30,180 nt of DNA, from positions 1-30,180 of the IMG/VR virus record IMGVR_UViG_3300030372_000467. One strand, written 5' to 3'. The translations under genes were made by a program, and so were the position numbers. Every line of letters begins with the position of its first letter. The stretch's first letter is position 1. Below, one piece after another: positions 26,450-30,180 of the stretch. The notes beneath the pieces were generated by a model. That model was not told the DNA's origin, did no database searches, and saw nothing but the letters and a program-made list of their open reading frames with translations. This DNA is from a virus. Taxonomy: Duplodnaviria > Caudoviricetes.

Positions 26450-26839
26450 ATGAACAAACATATTTTAAGACACATTTTAAAAAGTACCCCTAAGAGATAT
26501 ACATTTTGGAATACACATTTGCGTTTCAAAATATTAGTAATTTGCCTAGCCGGTTTACTATTAATTTTTTTATCAAGTTGCAGTACAAAACCAATAGTAG
26601 ACAGCAGAGGTAAATCACCAGCAAACATAGAGGGTGATCACAATCGCTTTCATGACGACTATTACACTTGCGTGGCTTTAGTTAAAGATCAAACGAATGT
26701 CATAGTAGATGCTGGTAAGATAGTATATAATAATATACTAAGGATAAAAACTTTGTGGCTTACACCTAAGTTAGATACAAGAAAAGATTTTATCAATAAC
26801 TGTCTAACTGGTAGAGGTTACTCAGTATTAAATAAATAA
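26450..26839 (+). CDS. Putative lipoprotein
   Basis: Hydrophobic stretch followed by lipobox LSSC; D..TC and NCLTGRGYSVL. Confidence 0.7.
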   Translation: MNKHILRHILKSTPKRYTFWNTHLRFKILVICLAGLLLIFLSSCSTKPIVDSRGKSPANIEGDHNRFHDDYYTCVALVKDQTNVIVDAGKIVYNNILRIKTLWLTPKLDTRKDFINNCLTGRGYSVLNK

Positions 26840-26857
26840 TAATAAAAGGAGATAATT

Positions 26858-27298
26858 ATGAAAGAAGAAGGAATAATAAATAAGATATACGACAATAGTG
26901 AAACAAATGATAAAGGTGTTTTTATCAGTAATTTTACTATAGATTTAGTCAATGGCACTAGGTTATATTGCAGAGAAGCTTTAAATCCTATGCCTTCATC
27001 TGGCGATAGAATTGGATATGATGTTGTAAGCAAAAAAGAATCAAAAGCTGGAAACCCCTATACTAATGTAGAAAAATTAGTTGTATTAGGAGAAGGGGAT
27101 AAACCAACTCCAACAAGTAATCAGCCAATAACACCTACTAATAATAGTAATGGTTTTAGACCTGATAATAATAAAGACAGATTGATCTACGTTACAGGTA
27201 TAGTTGGCAGAGCTATGTCTAGTGGTTCTTTTAGTGAAGAAAAGATAGACGTATTGACTGAAAGAGCAGTTGCATCTTTTAATAAGCATCTTGGCTAA
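26858..27298 (+). CDS. Putative ssDNA-binding (OB-fold) protein
   Basis: Beta-rich N-domain (GDRIGYDV...GNPYTNV), P/T/N linker, helical C-domain; lies in the recombination block. Confidence 0.5.
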   Translation: MKEEGIINKIYDNSETNDKGVFISNFTIDLVNGTRLYCREALNPMPSSGDRIGYDVVSKKESKAGNPYTNVEKLVVLGEGDKPTPTSNQPITPTNNSNGFRPDNNKDRLIYVTGIVGRAMSSGSFSEEKIDVLTERAVASFNKHLG

Positions 27299-27567
27299 TG
27301 AAAGATTACAAAAAACTATTCAGCAGATATTGGGGGTATGAAGATCAGACCCCTATTTGCTGGGGTTGTAATCAAGCTGTAGGGGTGGATATACACCATT
27401 TGATACCTAAGGGTATGGGTGGAGTAAAAAACAACAGATTAAACAGAATAGACAATTTATTTTTACTTTGTCGTAAATGTCATACTATGGCACACAAAAA
27501 CAAAGCTATTAATGAAGAATATAAAAAAATATTACAGGAAAGAATAAAATTTAAGGAGCAATTATAA
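27298..27567 (+). CDS. HNH endonuclease
   Basis: CWGC...DIHHL..KGMGG...NLFLLCRKCH...H. Confidence 0.9.
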   Translation: MKDYKKLFSRYWGYEDQTPICWGCNQAVGVDIHHLIPKGMGGVKNNRLNRIDNLFLLCRKCHTMAHKNKAINEEYKKILQERIKFKEQL

Positions 27568-27568
27568 T

Positions 27569-27781
27569 ATGGGAAGAAACACAATTAAGCTAGAAGATTT
27601 TAAAAATGTTGATAAACCACACAGCAAATTAATTTATAAAATAGCAAAGAATAATAATTTAAGTATTTCTGATATAGCAAACTTTTTAGATTGTTCTTAT
27701 GCTTTTATTGTAGCTGTACTAAAAGGAACTCATAATTTAGGTATAAATAAAGCTAATAAAATTAGGCAAGAATATGAGTAA
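27569..27781 (+). CDS. XRE/Cro-like HTH regulator
   Basis: NLSISDIANFLDCSYAFIVAVLKG. Confidence 0.78.
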   Translation: MGRNTIKLEDFKNVDKPHSKLIYKIAKNNNLSISDIANFLDCSYAFIVAVLKGTHNLGINKANKIRQEYE

Positions 27782-27944
27782 GTATATTATAAATTATAAA
27801 ATGGAATTTAAGACAAGACCGAGTAAATATGAAGTAGAATCTAAGTTATTTGATTTACTTGCTAAAGGTTTTACTTTACGCACACCAGAAGAACAAAATG
27901 ATTATGTAAAAGAAAAAGAAATAAGAGAAAAGAAAAATGGCTAA
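27774..27944 (+). CDS. 56-aa hypothetical protein (not in ORF track)
   Basis: MSKYIINYKMEFKTRPSK...KKNG; overlaps both neighbours by 8 nt. Confidence 0.62.
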   Translation: MSKYIINYKMEFKTRPSKYEVESKLFDLLAKGFTLRTPEEQNDYVKEKEIREKKNG

Positions 27945-28104
27945 AAAGAAAGAGGGTATAAACTTAATTTACAAAGCAGAGGAGTACTGGCGTAACTTCG
28001 TACATCTCAAACATTGTGCTATCTGCAAAGCACCAGCCGATAGATATGCAAAGTTTAAATTCTACTGTATAGAGTGTTATGAAAAACTTGTTAAAAGAGG
28101 ATAA
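27937..28104 (+). CDS. 55-aa Zn-finger protein (not in ORF track)
   Basis: CAIC...YCIEC; TAA 28102-28104. Confidence 0.68.
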   Translation: MAKKKEGINLIYKAEEYWRNFVHLKHCAICKAPADRYAKFKFYCIECYEKLVKRG

Positions 28105-28105
28105 T

Positions 28106-28462
28106 ATGACTGATATTTATAACTTACAATTTGACCCACATAAACTATCGCACCAACAAGAGCAGTTGGGTTTAGAATATAGTGATAACGACACAGCATT
28201 AGAAATAATGAAAAAAGAAGAGAAACTAATAGTATCAGAGTTAACACTTTATTATTCACAGAATATAAAGTATAAGAACACATCAGAACTAAATGCACAT
28301 ATTTATTCTGACAAAAGATATAAAGATTTTGTTGATAGATACAGCAAGACTTTATTGAGTAGGAACAAATCTAAAATTAGATTTGAATCCTTCAAGACTT
28401 TCAGAGAGGACTTAAGAACAAAAGTTGTCAATGAAAGAGAACTGGCAAAACACAACATTTAA
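28106..28462 (+). CDS. Helical hypothetical protein
   Basis: ATG 28106 after GAGGA; coiled-coil character. Confidence 0.68.
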   Translation: MTDIYNLQFDPHKLSHQQEQLGLEYSDNDTALEIMKKEEKLIVSELTLYYSQNIKYKNTSELNAHIYSDKRYKDFVDRYSKTLLSRNKSKIRFESFKTFREDLRTKVVNERELAKHNI

Positions 28463-28478
28463 TAGAAAGGAGTATGTT

Positions 28479-28709
28479 ATGAGCCAACCAAAAGTAAAAA
28501 GAGCAACACAGAAAGAAATGATATTACAACATCTTAAAGAGGGTAAATCAATTACCCCAATAGATGCCTTGCGAAAATTTGGGTGTTTTAGATTGAGTGA
28601 TAGAATTTTTGTTTTAAGAAAAGAGGGTAATGATATTATCACAAATTATATTACTAAAGGTGGAAAAACTTTTGCTGAATATATTTTGGAAGAAAATCAA
28701 AATGCGTGA
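28479..28709 (+). CDS. Winged-helix DNA-binding protein (HTH_39-like)
   Basis: TQKEMILQHLKEGKSITPIDALRKFGCFRLSDRIFVLRKEG..I...AEY. Confidence 0.85.
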   Translation: MSQPKVKRATQKEMILQHLKEGKSITPIDALRKFGCFRLSDRIFVLRKEGNDIITNYITKGGKTFAEYILEENQNA

Positions 28710-28776
28710 ATATACTGGTCTAATAATAGGGATAATTGTATTTGCAGTAGCGATACAGTTATTTGGTGGTATATGA
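28702..28776 (+). CDS. 24-aa transmembrane peptide (not in ORF track)
   Basis: MREYTGLIIGIIVFAVAIQLFGGI; ATGA overlap with next gene. Confidence 0.55.
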   Translation: MREYTGLIIGIIVFAVAIQLFGGI

Positions 28777-29561
28777 TAGAACATTTTAAAAAGTTTGATA
28801 CTAAAGATAAAAAAAGTATTTTACCATTATCATTTAGTCAGCTTACAGAGTTTGCATTTAATAGAGAACGTTGGGCATTGAGAAGAATATTTGGTTATGA
28901 GTTCGATACAAACCCAGCTATGCAAAGAGGAACTGTTGTAGAAAGTGGCTTGAATATGTGGTTAAACGGAACAGATCAAAATGAAGCAATAGATAAAATG
29001 CTACATGATTATGATAAAGGCTGTACTGGTTTAACCGGCGATAAAGTTGTAAGTGAAAGAGAAAATTTAATTCCTCTATTTAATGAAGGAGTACAAAGGC
29101 TTACTAATTATGCTTTTAAATGGGATTTAATAGGTTATCAAAATAAAGTAGAAATGGATATAGAAGGAATACCATTATTAGGATATACCGATTTTCAATT
29201 TCAGGATAAAACTACTAAAGAAGAGTTCTATATAGATTTAAAGACTACTTTACGAAAACCTCAAGGTATATCTTATGCTCATGCTATGCAACAATCTATC
29301 TACCATAAAGGAACTAATGCTAATCAGAAACTATGGTATTTAGTATGCAAAAAATCTGGCACAGAGTTTTATGAGTATAGTTTAGACGATTACCAGAAAC
29401 CTATGAAGATATGCAACCATATAGTCAAAGTAATGGGTTCATTTTTGCAAAAGGTAGATACCTTAGATGATGTCAAGAACTTGCTGATTCCAAACCCTGA
29501 TGACTGGATATGGAGAGAGGAAGCAGTATACAAAGCTAGAGTTGAGGTATGGGGGTATTAA
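28773..29561 (+). CDS. PD-(D/E)XK exonuclease (RecB/RecE/Cas4-like)
   Basis: LSFSQL, AMQRGT, GYTD...IDLKTT, QQSIY. Confidence 0.85.
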   Translation: MIEHFKKFDTKDKKSILPLSFSQLTEFAFNRERWALRRIFGYEFDTNPAMQRGTVVESGLNMWLNGTDQNEAIDKMLHDYDKGCTGLTGDKVVSERENLIPLFNEGVQRLTNYAFKWDLIGYQNKVEMDIEGIPLLGYTDFQFQDKTTKEEFYIDLKTTLRKPQGISYAHAMQQSIYHKGTNANQKLWYLVCKKSGTEFYEYSLDDYQKPMKICNHIVKVMGSFLQKVDTLDDVKNLLIPNPDDWIWREEAVYKARVEVWGY

Positions 29562-29571
29562 TTACCCCTTT
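29552..29571 (+). terminator. Weak hairpin/terminator after the exonuclease
   Basis: GGGGTA-TTAAT-TACCCC followed by TTT. Confidence 0.5.
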
Positions 29572-29598
29572 ACCAAGATAATCATTTAGGTTTATAAT
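29569..29598 (+). promoter_or_regulatory. Putative promoter of the replication initiator gene
   Basis: TTTACC (29569), N18, TATAAT (29593-29598). Confidence 0.5.
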
Positions 29599-29618
29599 AA
29601 AATATTAAGGAGAAAATT

Positions 29619-30180
29619 ATGTTTATAAGTAAGGAAAGTAAACCACAAGAAAAGTTGAAGGCGTGGTATTTATTCACAGAAGATTTTGTAGCTGGAACGC
29701 AACATTTAACAAACGAGCAGATTGGAGTTTATATAAGATTATTATGCTGGAATTGGAACAAAAAGTGTAAAGGTATACCATTAGACCCTAACAGTCATTA
29801 TAGGATAGCAAACTGTATTACTGAGGAAGAAAAAATATCTTGTAATGAAGTGATAAAACAATTTTTTGTAGAGGTTCAAGATCATTACCAGAATGAAAGG
29901 CAATTACAAGAATATTTATATATTTCTAAAAGAATTGAAGCATCTAAAGTAAATGGAAGGCTTGGTGGTAGACCAAAAAAAAAACCTAGCCAAAACCCCC
30001 CTACCCTAACCACTACCCCTACCATTAAACCTAAAACCAAGAAGAAGGATAATTTTCCTTTATTTTGGAATAAAATATCTAATAAAGTAAGTAAGGGTAT
30101 AGCAGAAAAGAATTATAAACTTTTAGATCAAGAATGGTTAGATAAACCAGAAGAGTTAGCAGAAATCTATAATAATTATT
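29619..30180 (+). CDS. DUF1376/YdaU-family replication initiator (279 aa once joined to base 416)
   Basis: AWYLFTEDFVAGTQHLTNEQIGVYIRLLCWNW...NER...NGRLGGRP; in frame across the circular junction. Confidence 0.85.
   Translation, partial: MFISKESKPQEKLKAWYLFTEDFVAGTQHLTNEQIGVYIRLLCWNWNKKCKGIPLDPNSHYRIANCITEEEKISCNEVIKQFFVEVQDHYQNERQLQEYLYISKRIEASKVNGRLGGRPKKKPSQNPPTLTTTPTIKPKTKKKDNFPLFWNKISNKVSKGIAEKNYKLLDQEWLDKPEELAEIYNNY
30043..30180. repeat. Terminal direct repeat, copy 2
   Basis: Identical to 1-138. Confidence 0.97.

Noticed and set aside
2871-28642. Minus-strand ORFs in the track (e.g. 10841-11311, 11870-12247, 17787-18014)
   Set aside because: All are antisense shadows of well-supported + strand genes and have no recognisable motifs
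28773-29561. Cas4 as part of a CRISPR system
   Set aside because: No Fe-S cysteine pattern or cas context; it is an ordinary phage recombination nuclease
30043-30180. Biological terminal repeat of the virion DNA
   Set aside because: It lies mid-gene and is best explained as assembler overlap of a circular contig

Overview
The window appears to be a complete, circularly assembled genome of a small AT-rich (roughly 30% GC by eye) tailed dsDNA phage with siphovirus-type genes. Bases 30043-30180 exactly repeat 1-138, giving a unit length of 30,042 bp, and a DUF1376/YdaU-type replication initiator reads in frame across that junction. Every credible gene is on the + strand. Gene order: packaging (terS, MT-A70 methyltransferase, terL, portal), head (MuF-like, scaffold, capsid), neck and tail (tube, G/GT chaperone frameshift, tape measure, Dit, hub, GNAT, J-like tip, fibres with LamG/SPRY domains), lysis (M15 endolysin, 3-TM holin), then an early/replication block (HTH proteins, lipoprotein, SSB-like, HNH, PD-(D/E)XK nuclease, initiator). 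I recognise no integrase catalytic domain, polymerase, helicase, tRNA or CRISPR. The gene style suggests a marine low-GC alphaproteobacterial host, but this is inference. The best leads are: (1) an integrase arm-binding domain fused to DUF3310; (2) seven very basic, protamine-like mini-proteins in the late region; (3) a late-transcript 3' end complementary to the ribosome-binding sites of the early genes; (4) repeated stem-loop/(TAA)n/SD junctions between early genes; (5) a fibre gene apparently split by four in-frame stop codons. All family assignments come from motif recognition, not database searches.
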